Assembly: GCA_003136475.1 (NCBI GenBank)
Contig: PLEQ01000307.1
Location: forward strand, 1-35,260
Direction: 5' to 3'
Source: Deltaproteobacteria bacterium
Lineage (GTDB): Bacteria > Bdellovibrionota_B > Oligoflexia > Oligoflexales > Bog-1112
DNA length: 35,260 bases
In this document: in pieces, positions 24,451-32,737 of the stretch
How the letters are laid out: each line of letters begins with the position of its first letter
Numbering within the stretch: the stretch's first letter is position 1
Notes under the pieces: model-generated
Seen by the model: the letters and a program-made list of their open reading frames with translations, nothing else
Databases searched by the model: none
What the model was told of the DNA's origin: nothing
Made by a program: the position numbers and the translations under genes

Positions 24451-25082
24451 TCTGCCTCCAAAAGAGAAATGAGATCTTGATTAGATCCACCGTTTTTCTT
24501 ACTCTTCATTAGGTCTACCATGTGACGATAGACATCTATAGTCATTAACACGTCTCCACGAGCTTCGTGGGCTTCACGCTTAGGAATATTAAAATACTCA
24601 ACTAAACTCTTCAGGGTACCGATATCACGCGGTAACCACCCACACCTTTTCAAAAACAAAGATGCAGTCTTCGTATCTTCCACATTATAGCTAAAAAGAG
24701 ATTCCCAAGTCTCTTTATCCATAACGTGTTCCCAGATAAATCCCAAATCGAACATGACGTTTTGGCCAAGGGGGATCAAATTAGAATATCGACCGCGTTT
24801 CTTCAAATATTTCTTTACAAAGGCGGTAATTTTAAGTTTCGCCTCAGCATAAGTGACAGTATTTGGATCGGCCAAATGTTTATGTAGATCGATTTTATTA
24901 ACATCGAGGGCGCCTTGATCAGCAATAGGTAGTCGATCGTTAGGCTTTAACTTCAAATCTAGTTCTTCTAAAACCTTAAAATCTTCATCAACAACAGACA
25001 TAAATAATGTAAGAATGTCGGCCTGTTTTGGATTAAGGCCCCCGGTTTCTGAGTCCATGGCAACAAAATAGGATTCGCTCAT
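24447..25082 (-). CDS. DEDDh 3'-5' exonuclease (DnaQ/epsilon-like)
   Basis: Exo I VAMDSETGGL, Exo II GQNVMFDLGF, Exo III HEARGDV. Confidence 0.8.
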   Translation of the reverse strand: MSESYFVAMDSETGGLNPKQADILTLFMSVVDEDFKVLEELDLKLKPNDRLPIADQGALDVNKIDLHKHLADPNTVTYAEAKLKITAFVKKYLKKRGRYSNLIPLGQNVMFDLGFIWEHVMDKETWESLFSYNVEDTKTASLFLKRCGWLPRDIGTLKSLVEYFNIPKREAHEARGDVLMTIDVYRHMVDLMKSKKNGGSNQDLISLLEAE

Positions 25083-25315
25083 TTTTTATCCTCTGACACC
25101 ATAAAAATAGTATTATTGGTATGATCTTCTAACCATGTCACTCTAATCCCATCTTTGTCTGTATGAAAAATCCTAAGCTGAGAATTTTCCGGCAGCGATT
25201 TTAGCCAACTTTCTAGAGTGGAAGCCTTAAACTGTATATTGTCTATATTAAATTCTGGGAATGTCACGTTTGCCTCAAAAATTCTGGAGAATGAATGTAG
25301 GGACCCTTTTCCCAT
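25079..25315 (-). CDS. Hypothetical small protein (start uncertain)
   Basis: The ATG at 25315 overlaps the upstream gene by 52 nt. An alternative GTG at 25267 forms a GTGA junction with the upstream stop. Confidence 0.4.
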   Translation of the reverse strand: MGKGSLHSFSRIFEANVTFPEFNIDNIQFKASTLESWLKSLPENSQLRIFHTDKDGIRVTWLEDHTNNTIFMVSEDKK

Positions 25316-25515
25316 TCAATAAGCTGTTTTGAAAGGCCTATTACCGTGTAATTATCAAAAAGAGCAGCTTCTCGTTCGTCCCTTTCCATAGAATTACAAA
25401 TTTTTTTCACGCCATCGCTGAATTCTTTTTCAGGATTTGTGAGATTTTCACCAAAAGGATCTCTGAGGGGATTGTAATATACGGGAATCTCAACAAGATC
25501 ATAGACCATTTTCAT
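25264..25515 (-). CDS. Hypothetical protein
   Basis: ATGA overlap with the RNase H stop. Confidence 0.5.
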   Translation of the reverse strand: MKMVYDLVEIPVYYNPLRDPFGENLTNPEKEFSDGVKKICNSMERDEREAALFDNYTVIGLSKQLIEWEKGPYIHSPEFLRQT

Positions 25516-26153
25516 CGATCCTTACTCTCTCTAATTTCAATTACGCTGCCACGTTTACCATGTGCGTCCCTATTGTAGGTTTCTACGATGCCTTGTTCGA
25601 AATCTACCAACCGTAGTATTCCTTGGTACCACAAAGATACTACTCCGATCTTTTTGCTTCCAATTCTAGTATCTACGGTATTTGGTGTTTTGTCAACATT
25701 TAGATTTAAACGTGCTTGATTTGCAAGTTTATCACAACGCTCGTTCCAAATTACTCCGGAATGTCCTTTAATCCATTTAGTTTGCGCATACATTCTATCC
25801 ATAAGCATTTTAAGTTGCCTATACTTCTCCATTTTATTTTCTTGTTTGAATCGGTATTCTCCAGATGCCCAACCAAGAATGAGCTGGGAGTCCGAACATA
25901 ATGTTACTTGGGGAGGTATAAGATCAACGGGATCGTACTTGCCTAGAATTTCTACTGGGGGATATACAAGTTTTATAGCGACAGTAAGTCCTTCAATGGC
26001 TGCTTGAAGCTCCATGTCGTTATTAGTGGCATTTTCACAACGCCCAAAACCTTCTGAATGGAACCTGTCGTCTACTACCAATACCCAACCATAGCCACCG
26101 GGCTTATCGGCTGTAGTGGCCGATCCATCCGTCCAAACTTCGATTTTTTGCAT
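25512..26153 (-). CDS. Ribonuclease HI with a C-terminal extension of about 70 aa
   Basis: IEVWTDGS, NNDMELQAAIEGL, LCSDSQ, WIKGHSG..NERCDKLAN. The ATG at 26153 (MQKIEVW) follows the stop of 26155-26352. The track start at 26222 adds a non-homologous leader. Confidence 0.85.
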   Translation of the reverse strand: MQKIEVWTDGSATTADKPGGYGWVLVVDDRFHSEGFGRCENATNNDMELQAAIEGLTVAIKLVYPPVEILGKYDPVDLIPPQVTLCSDSQLILGWASGEYRFKQENKMEKYRQLKMLMDRMYAQTKWIKGHSGVIWNERCDKLANQARLNLNVDKTPNTVDTRIGSKKIGVVSLWYQGILRLVDFEQGIVETYNRDAHGKRGSVIEIRESKDR

Positions 26154-26154
26154 A

Positions 26155-26352
26155 TCAGAATTGATCCGGTGGGGGATTGGAAGATTCGGGAGCAAGAAGT
26201 TTTTGTAGGGCAGAAAGCACAAATTGGGCTTCTTCGGTATAAAGACCGATATATTGGCAGCAACTTTCTATCCTTATAATACTTATACTGCAGTCCCTGA
26301 GAATGTATTTCTTGCTTACCTTGATATCATCATTAGTCAGCGTCTTCTCCAT
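26155..26352 (-). CDS. Hypothetical small protein
   Basis: Fills the gap exactly. Its stop is 1 nt before the RNase H ATG and its ATG is 20 nt inside the upstream gene. Confidence 0.4.
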   Translation of the reverse strand: MEKTLTNDDIKVSKKYILRDCSISIIRIESCCQYIGLYTEEAQFVLSALQKLLAPESSNPPPDQF

Positions 26353-26545
26353 CTACCATCTCCTTGCGTAGTTCCGCAATTGACTTTTGATAGAGTTCCT
26401 CTACTTCCGTTTCTGGTATTAGAAGAAGCCTACCTATAGCTCCATTCTCCAGGATATTATCTGTTTTTGCAAGTAGTTTATTCAAACTATTTTGATGTTT
26501 TGGAGAATGGATAAAGTCTTCATCTTCCTTTATCTTACGAATCAT
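26333..26545 (-). CDS. Hypothetical small protein
   Basis: The ATG at 26545 (MIRKIKED) lies 1 nt after the upstream stop. The track start is a TTG. Confidence 0.45.
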   Translation of the reverse strand: MIRKIKEDEDFIHSPKHQNSLNKLLAKTDNILENGAIGRLLLIPETEVEELYQKSIAELRKEMVDGEDAD

Positions 26546-26546
26546 T

Positions 26547-26936
26547 TCATCTCTTTCCACGGGAACCACCAAAATTGGGAGTTAAAATATTATTTTCACC
26601 AGTTTTTAAGAGTTGGATATAGTCACTCCTGAATTTGGCTATAATTTCTTCAATATCTTTACATGCTTGGATTGCTTTTTTTTGATCAGAAGTGATCAGA
26701 ATAAGCCTAGCCTTAGTTTTAGACAATTCGGCTTTGGCTTTTTTGTATTCCTGTGCGATTGGAACGATTTCGGCTTTTTTATGAAATTCTATATTTTGTT
26801 CTAATTCATTCTTACGTGGGCTTAAGATACTGATTTCTTTATCTAATTGATCAATAGCAGTACGAATAGATTTTAGCCTGACTTCACAGTCCTTAATGGC
26901 CTTATCGAGTTTATCTAATTCATCCATCTTGCTCAC
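26547..26936 (-). CDS. Hypothetical coiled-coil protein
   Basis: GTG at 26936 lies 8 nt after AAGGATGG. An alternative ATG is at 26927. Heptad-rich sequence. Confidence 0.5.
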   Translation of the reverse strand: MSKMDELDKLDKAIKDCEVRLKSIRTAIDQLDKEISILSPRKNELEQNIEFHKKAEIVPIAQEYKKAKAELSKTKARLILITSDQKKAIQACKDIEEIIAKFRSDYIQLLKTGENNILTPNFGGSRGKR

Positions 26937-27037
26937 ATGTTAGTCCATCCTTAGACTACATATATCATGTGACGAATAGTTAAGAAAAATTGCTTTCTAA
27001 AAATACCTTAGGTTTAAGCATCTTGCCATATTCCAGC

Positions 27038-28678
27038 TCATGTTAAATGCCAATCGCCCTCGAAAGAGTTAACTAACTGTCTCATACCATTTGGATAAAT
27101 GACAGTTGAAGAATGGACCCAATCAGATGGTCCTTGATTGTATGAGAGTTTGAGATAGCTTAAAGTACCATTCTGCCAAGCTCCACGCAGAATCTCTGGA
27201 CCGTGAGAGTGTCCCGTAACAGATAGGCCATAGGCCTTCTCCATGCCTCGTAGCGTCCCTCTAGAGCCCTTTGGACCCTTATGACCATGAGCACCGCACT
27301 GGATTCGTGCAATGAAGTAGTCCTCATCCATATCTAACCATTTGATCTTATTTTTGGACTTTAGATCAAACATATGGGCAGCATATTGTAAAGGATTGTG
27401 TCCATGTGACATAGCCCTGGCAAGCTCTACGCCAATATGGTAGTTATGGGGATCGTCTACATATTCACCAGAATCAAGCCAACGATCTAAAAAGATATCG
27501 TGATTTGATTTTACAACTACTACTTCCTGTACATGATTCCAAGAAGCAAGATTATCAAGATCTTCAGTAAATACCTTAAGTTCCGATTCTAGATTTAATA
27601 ATCCTTGTTTAGCTAGGATGGCTCTACGAATTTGTCTTTCACGTTCATGATGGTTAATGCTAAGTCCGTTAAATCCATCATGAATAAATAGTTTTTTAGC
27701 TCGTACTACATCGTTTAATTCTTTGAATGCCTTTATCGCTGTAGGATCCGTTTCTCCAGAATGCCAATCTCCTAAGGAAATGGCTTCAGCATACAACTTA
27801 GTAATTTTATTGCCTTTATAGAAATCAGCAAGATCTACAAAGTTTCCGTCCTTATCGGCTTGAATTTGACGAAAGTGATATTTGCCATTCTCACCAATCT
27901 CTACAATAATGGCACCAATTACATGGTCATAATTGGCAATATAGGCCGTACGCTCACTCATATAAGGGCTGTGAATTGAGTCACTAATTTGGAAATATCG
28001 TGGTAAGGTAATAGCGCCAGTAGTCATTTCCGCATGAGGATGCTTGATGTTGCTTACTGGCATGAACTTTAGTCGTTGTTTTGGAGAAGCGTAAATAAAA
28101 CTACCATTACGTTGACCAATGCGATCCAGTCCAGTGGTAGGATCAATCTGCTTAGCAGATAATTTAATGGAGCATAGAAATACATTATCGTTTAGGGCGA
28201 CATCACTAAATACGATAGAATCTGCGCCCAGGGAAGGATCCAAGTTCCATTTGGCAATATCTCCACCAGTAGAAGCTGGATCTGCCGCTGGTAATACTAG
28301 AAGCATAGCATTCTTATCTTTACAATAAGTACGAATACTTTTTAAAAATCCTTGATGAACTGGGGCTCCAACCACTGCAGTAGTGACTACGAAACGCTTG
28401 AATTTTTTTACATTTTCTTCTAGTTGAGAAAGGCGTTCCGAAGTAAATATACTTTCATCAATAATATTATCAAATACTGTAGGATCGTTTTCTTCTGCCC
28501 AAATTTTGGCAGTAGATTTAAGTTTATTCAGATTGGTAAAATAATGCCTAATCTTATCACGATTATATCCAGCTGCATCCAATTCAGCCCTGCCTGGGTA
28601 CATCCCAGTTTTTTTAACTAACTTCAAATATATTTTAATCAGCTTGATATGATTCTTAGTTAGTTCCATAATTTCCAT
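27038..28678 (-). CDS. Calcineurin-like metallophosphoesterase with an N-terminal domain of about 300 aa of unknown function
   Basis: LGDWHSG (DxH), FIHDGFNG, KSNHDIF (GNHD-type), CGAHGHKG and VTGHSHGP, all in the C-terminal half. Confidence 0.75.
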   Translation of the reverse strand: MEIMELTKNHIKLIKIYLKLVKKTGMYPGRAELDAAGYNRDKIRHYFTNLNKLKSTAKIWAEENDPTVFDNIIDESIFTSERLSQLEENVKKFKRFVVTTAVVGAPVHQGFLKSIRTYCKDKNAMLLVLPAADPASTGGDIAKWNLDPSLGADSIVFSDVALNDNVFLCSIKLSAKQIDPTTGLDRIGQRNGSFIYASPKQRLKFMPVSNIKHPHAEMTTGAITLPRYFQISDSIHSPYMSERTAYIANYDHVIGAIIVEIGENGKYHFRQIQADKDGNFVDLADFYKGNKITKLYAEAISLGDWHSGETDPTAIKAFKELNDVVRAKKLFIHDGFNGLSINHHERERQIRRAILAKQGLLNLESELKVFTEDLDNLASWNHVQEVVVVKSNHDIFLDRWLDSGEYVDDPHNYHIGVELARAMSHGHNPLQYAAHMFDLKSKNKIKWLDMDEDYFIARIQCGAHGHKGPKGSRGTLRGMEKAYGLSVTGHSHGPEILRGAWQNGTLSYLKLSYNQGPSDWVHSSTVIYPNGMRQLVNSFEGDWHLT

Positions 28679-28843
28679 TTCTTTAAAAAGACGGTGGGCC
28701 GCGCCTTTCGGCTTGCCGAGCGTTTACCCAGGCATCGGACTACGAGGATCATGATCACCTTGCGTCCTGGGCACCCACCGTTCTGTCTCGCTACGTAGGA
28801 CGATAAGTCCGGGACTTATCGTCGAGACATCTTTATTATAAGA
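28679..28843 (-). other. 165-nt GC-rich nested-helix element between two genes. Either a structured RNA or a complex terminator.
   Basis: Minus-strand helices are described under finding 28679-28843. No ORF. The composition contrasts sharply with the flanks. Confidence 0.45.
28685..28781 (-). terminator. Long branched stem closed by acggtggg/cccaccgt and followed by CUUUUU (intrinsic-terminator-like)
   Basis: The 8-bp closing helix (28774-28781 with 28691-28698) is followed on the minus strand by a U-tract (28689-28685). Confidence 0.45.
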
Positions 28844-29575
28844 TTACGCCGTAGCCGCTGGAGTCGTTACAGAACCAGCATCAGAAACAAAGGTCTCAAC
28901 TGGAGTCTCCGCTGGAGGAGAGGTAAAGTTGTCGTTTGACGGACCAGTTTGAGTAGCCGTTGGAGTTTCCTGAGCAGTTGGCTGTGAAGTATCCTCCGCA
29001 GTTTCAGCCGCAGCAGGAGCTGCCTCGGTAGTTGTGGCTGCATCTGGAGATGGTGCAGGCGGTAGTGCATACACTTCCAATACCTTGACACTAAAAGTAT
29101 TGTCCCCAAAAGTCACGACATCGCCGGGCTTCTTTCCAAGAAGAGCGTCGACCGTTTCCTTCTTTTGTGAATCGAGACGGAATTGTACTCGTGGATCCGT
29201 AACGGAACCATCCGTACCATACTCTTCACATACACAGAAACCATTGGCAGTAATCTCAGCAGCTTCAACTAGTTCGCCATTCTTGAGATGGTTGGCTACC
29301 TGTTCCTTGAGTTCCTTAATGGAAGCATCAATCATAAAAGCCTTAACGCTTTCCAAACTGATTCCGGATGTTGATGAAGCGGAATTAATAACCGCATCGA
29401 CCTTGCGATCAATGAGCTTAGCACTATGCTTAAGAAGGCCAACATCGCTCTGAAGCTGAGTTAGAGCCTTGTTTGCATTCTGTAGTTGAAAAACAGATTG
29501 ACAAACCATGGTTACGACCTTTTCTAGGTCTTCAATTCGCTGAGTAGCAGTACGCTTATCTGTATTATCTGACAT
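28844..29575 (-). CDS. Coiled-coil protein with a GreA/GreB C-terminal-like domain and a P/A/T-rich tail
   Basis: VDALLGKKPGDVVTFGDNTFSVKVLEVY resembles the Gre C-terminal domain pattern ALLGKxVGDxVxV....Y.IL.I. It has an N-terminal long helical region and a strong AAGGAG SD. Confidence 0.4.
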   Translation of the reverse strand: MSDNTDKRTATQRIEDLEKVVTMVCQSVFQLQNANKALTQLQSDVGLLKHSAKLIDRKVDAVINSASSTSGISLESVKAFMIDASIKELKEQVANHLKNGELVEAAEITANGFCVCEEYGTDGSVTDPRVQFRLDSQKKETVDALLGKKPGDVVTFGDNTFSVKVLEVYALPPAPSPDAATTTEAAPAAAETAEDTSQPTAQETPTATQTGPSNDNFTSPPAETPVETFVSDAGSVTTPAATA

Positions 29576-29586
29576 ATTTATCTCCT

Positions 29587-29799
29587 TTAGTATTTAGTGA
29601 TTTCAGTGTGATTTTCAGTTTTAGAAGCAATCGCCTTGGTGCCAAAAAACATAGCTTCCTCTAGTTTAGTGACAAAGATGGACTTTTCTCTACTATCTGG
29701 CAGCAATAACAGTGCTTCAACGACTGCTGTAGACATTAGACTTTTGAATTTCTTAACTTCTTCAAACCCATTTTCGTTTAATTTATGTGTATCGAACAT
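29587..29799 (-). CDS. Small conserved-looking hypothetical protein
   Basis: Strong AAGGAG SD. 70 aa, helical. Confidence 0.55.
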   Translation of the reverse strand: MFDTHKLNENGFEEVKKFKSLMSTAVVEALLLLPDSREKSIFVTKLEEAMFFGTKAIASKTENHTEITKY

Positions 29800-29811
29800 T
29801 ATATCTCCTTA

Positions 29812-30645
29812 TTAAGAACTCGATGGTACTAATTTAACACCCATATTAGCAGCCATTCCCGTATACAACATCTCCAATTGTTGGGGGTTCGGATGCGGGA
29901 TCAGATTGGCAGGAGTAACTGCACGCTTTCTAGCGGAGCGTTCTTCAGCTGCCTTATTATATGTAGCTAACTCTTCCGGAGTCATTTGGTCAATGGGCTT
30001 AACCAATGCCGACTCCTCGTCTTTATTGATAGCTGATTTAGCCTGAAGTTTTTGTACAGGCTTTGATTCAGCTTTCTTTGATGTGGGAGTTGGGGTAGCT
30101 TTAGGCTTATTTATCGGAGTAGGGGTGGAATTAGCTCGTAAGTTACCGCTAATGGCCGTAATCCCATCCTTCTTTGGTTGAATCGGTGCTTGAACTACAA
30201 GAGTTGGAGCTTCTTCGGTTTTTCCACCAGTAACTTTAGAGGCAATCATCTTCAGTGCCGTAACTTCCAAATCGTTAAATGGAGAAGAAATAACAGGGGT
30301 CTGTAAAACTTGTTCTTGCCTAATCCCAAGCATTACTTCCATACGTTCTCGAACAAATTTACGAATTTCTCGTTGAACATTTCGGATAGCCTTGGGATCC
30401 GCATCCGTATCTCCGAAAATGTCATTGGCCAAGACCATCTGATAAAGACGCCCTTGTTCCAAGCGAAGGTTTGCGTCGAACATCAATTCTGATGTGTCTT
30501 GTTCTTCTTCCTCGAAGATATCCTGTGGAGTTTCGCCAGTAATTTCAGAAACTGCTTGTTCATCAAGAACCATTTCTGACTGAGGTGAATGTCCTGGTTG
30601 TTCCCAGGGTTTTGGTGGTGCTTTATTTTTTTCCCAGAAACTCAT
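29812..30645 (-). CDS. Hypothetical protein with a T/P/K-rich central region
   Basis: ATGA overlap with the RuvC-like stop. No motif recognised. Confidence 0.55.
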   Translation of the reverse strand: MSFWEKNKAPPKPWEQPGHSPQSEMVLDEQAVSEITGETPQDIFEEEEQDTSELMFDANLRLEQGRLYQMVLANDIFGDTDADPKAIRNVQREIRKFVRERMEVMLGIRQEQVLQTPVISSPFNDLEVTALKMIASKVTGGKTEEAPTLVVQAPIQPKKDGITAISGNLRANSTPTPINKPKATPTPTSKKAESKPVQKLQAKSAINKDEESALVKPIDQMTPEELATYNKAAEERSARKRAVTPANLIPHPNPQQLEMLYTGMAANMGVKLVPSSS

Positions 30646-31307
30646 ACTTTTCCCTCAAATAAATCTGCCATATCAATCTCTTCGCCTCTGGCAGGACCTT
30701 TCATGCGCCTAAAATGGTAACAAGATAAAAGTCCAAGCCCATCTGCTAAATCTTCATCTTTGCGTTTAAGAGGTTCTTTTAATTGACCTTCAAAAATCTC
30801 ACTGACCCTACGAATATTGACATGTTTTCTGCCAATAAGTCCCGTTCTTTTACCATTTATATCATATGCGACTATGGTCTTATTTTTCTTTTTATACTCT
30901 CTAACTTCCTTATTTCTCTTTTTTTCTTCCTTAGTCATTTGGCATCCAATTTCACGACGCCATTGTTCTGTCATTAAATACACACACTTAATCTTACTGG
31001 ACGTAATATATTGAGCCAATAAAAATTGGGTCCATTCCAGAATCTTCTGGCTCATAGCATTTTTGCTACCCTTACTAGTTTCTTCTATGACTAAAACTTC
31101 GGGCGAATATTTTTCAATAAGTCTAATAATTTCCGTATAACACTTATATGCCCACATGACATAGTTTGATGGATATTCACCACTAGGTTCATGAATTTGA
31201 GTAACAACCCCGTAATCAACCAATTGAATACCGGAATCTGAACTAGTAGCAAAGGCCCATCCCGTCTTAGTAGAAATATCTAAACTTAGGACCTTTTCGA
31301 TATTCAC
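30642..31307 (-). CDS. RuvC-like Holliday junction resolvase
   Basis: VLSLDISTKTGWAF (Asp), VLVIEETS (Glu), EDLADGLGLL (Asp pair). GTG start forming GTGA with the upstream stop. Confidence 0.65.
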   Translation of the reverse strand: MNIEKVLSLDISTKTGWAFATSSDSGIQLVDYGVVTQIHEPSGEYPSNYVMWAYKCYTEIIRLIEKYSPEVLVIEETSKGSKNAMSQKILEWTQFLLAQYITSSKIKCVYLMTEQWRREIGCQMTKEEKKRNKEVREYKKKNKTIVAYDINGKRTGLIGRKHVNIRRVSEIFEGQLKEPLKRKDEDLADGLGLLSCYHFRRMKGPARGEEIDMADLFEGKV

Positions 31308-31693
31308 TTAGATGCCTTAAGCCACTTTTCACTTATTGAAAATTGAGGAGCATTAGTACTTGGATGAATATTGTTGCTATCATCAATCCAAGTTTGACTA
31401 TCGAACTCAATCATATACTTAAAAGACTTATCGTACCAATCCACACTTAAAATGGTTGCCTTGGATCCAGCCTTAAATAAGTGCCTATATGACATCCAAC
31501 CCCAAGAATCTTGGGCATTTACGGGATATGTAGCAGCCATTTTTACTTTATCTCCAACTTTAAACTTGGCGAATGAAAATAGGCCCCCTACACATTCCTG
31601 TACTCGTTGCAGTTCCCACTCGGAGGGAAGTACTGCCTTACTCAGGGCTTCCGTGCCCGTTTTCCATTTTTGTAAGTATTCCAAACTAGACAT
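31304..31693 (-). CDS. Hypothetical protein
   Basis: TAATG junction upstream. Confidence 0.5.
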   Translation of the reverse strand: MSSLEYLQKWKTGTEALSKAVLPSEWELQRVQECVGGLFSFAKFKVGDKVKMAATYPVNAQDSWGWMSYRHLFKAGSKATILSVDWYDKSFKYMIEFDSQTWIDDSNNIHPSTNAPQFSISEKWLKASK

Positions 31694-32013
31694 TAAGCGG
31701 CACCCTTCTCCTGACGAAGCTTAATAGAAACTGCAATAATAGCATTCTGACGTTTTTTAGTTGCACGAAAATCAGAACTATATTCCTTAGCAGCTTCCTT
31801 AGCCTTGAGATAAGGACTCTTGTCCCCATTAGGTTGATCAGCTTCTAGAGCTTCCTTACTTTCCTGAATAGCTTGTGAAGCCTGGGCTATTTGCTTATTT
31901 AGCTCTTCTACTGAAAGAGTCTCCAAATTTGCCAATACGTCGCTTCCGTCTTCACCGATCTTTTGAGCTAACTGTTGCAATTCGCTGAGAGGCTCTTTAC
32001 GTGGACGACCCAT
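31693..32013 (-). CDS. Small helical protein with an N-terminal AT-hook-like MGRPRK
   Basis: MGRPRKEP... then a helical region rich in E, K, A and Q. Confidence 0.45.
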   Translation of the reverse strand: MGRPRKEPLSELQQLAQKIGEDGSDVLANLETLSVEELNKQIAQASQAIQESKEALEADQPNGDKSPYLKAKEAAKEYSSDFRATKKRQNAIIAVSIKLRQEKGAA

Positions 32014-32014
32014 A

Positions 32015-32212
32015 TCATTCTCCCTTAAATTCTTCTATGACGTTTTTGACAAATCCGTCTTTTAGACGTGCTTCAAATTCAATCTTGTGTTCTACAGAAA
32101 GATTTGAAAGACTATTTTGTAGATTTTCAATATTCTTCGCAGAATCTACCGAATTGGCGAGCTTTTCCTTTTCTAGCGTCTTCTTATTCTTACTTCCCTT
32201 TGGACGACCCAT
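32015..32212 (-). CDS. Small protein with an N-terminal AT-hook-like MGRPKGSKNKK
   Basis: MGRPKGSKNKK.... AAGGAG SD inside the end of the upstream micro-gene. Confidence 0.45.
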   Translation of the reverse strand: MGRPKGSKNKKTLEKEKLANSVDSAKNIENLQNSLSNLSVEHKIEFEARLKDGFVKNVIEEFKGE

Positions 32213-32213
32213 C

Positions 32214-32387
32214 TTAATTCTCCTTATTTTCTAAGTTATACACTTCAGTCAGCTTATCAATCTTTTCGATCCATGTCAAGCATGCTTTTTTATTATGTTC
32301 CCAATTTTCTACAAAGTTATCTTTTACACTATCTAGCCATTCTTTTGTATCTCGATCGTAAATTTCAAGCCATTTATTTTTGGTCAT
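32214..32387 (-). CDS. Unlisted 57-aa ORF
   Basis: I translated it by hand as MTKNKWLEIYDRDTKEWLDSVKDNFVENWEHNKKACLTWIEKIDKLTEVYNLENKEN*. ATGA overlap upstream, and its stop is 1 nt before the next ATG. Confidence 0.45.
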   Translation of the reverse strand: MTKNKWLEIYDRDTKEWLDSVKDNFVENWEHNKKACLTWIEKIDKLTEVYNLENKEN

Positions 32388-32737
32388 AACGCTCCCTCTT
32401 CAAGATCATATTGTCCTACTTGTTTCCAGTCTTGTGGTCTGTAACCATTAAATGATACAGTACTAGAGAAAGTTTCGCCGGTCGGTCCACAATATTCTTC
32501 TGCAATGATTTTCCCATTATTTCCCCAATCGCAGTTCGAGCATTTTTTGGAAAATGTAATATTTAATCTATGTCCATTAGAGCACGACATAGAAGTAGAA
32601 CTGGTATTAGAATCATGGTTATGTAATTTCCCATCTTCATCATAATAAGAAGGACAATGCATAACCGTGGAGCTGTATGTGGAGCTATTATAGATCGTAC
32701 TCTTTTGGCCTAGTTCTTTACACCTAGGACAGACCAT
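32384..32737 (-). CDS. Cys/His-rich putative zinc-binding protein
   Basis: CPRC...HCPS...SCSNGH...CSNC. The ATG at 32737 is preferred over the GTG at 32761. Confidence 0.5.
   Translation of the reverse strand: MVCPRCKELGQKSTIYNSSTYSSTVMHCPSYYDEDGKLHNHDSNTSSTSMSCSNGHRLNITFSKKCSNCDWGNNGKIIAEEYCGPTGETFSSTVSFNGYRPQDWKQVGQYDLEEGAL

Noticed and set aside
26937-27037. Promoter or terminator in the 101-nt gap upstream of 26936
   Set aside because: There is only a weak 4-bp stem (ctta/taag) before a short T-run, and no TTGAC-17-TAnnnT arrangement like those in the other gaps. The AAGGATGG is better read as the SD for the GTG start at 26936.
28685-28781. Known riboswitch classes (c-di-GMP-I, ZTP, TPP, fluoride) suggested by short matches such as GGACGCAAGG, CCUGGG and a GAAA-capped hairpin
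   Set aside because: The order of elements is wrong for GEMM-I, where the tetraloop hairpin should precede GGACGCAAAGCC. Diagnostic cores are absent (CUGAGA for TPP, the GGGUCGUG and CCGCCUGGGCA pair for ZTP, CUGAUGA for fluoride). Only an Infernal scan could revive this idea.
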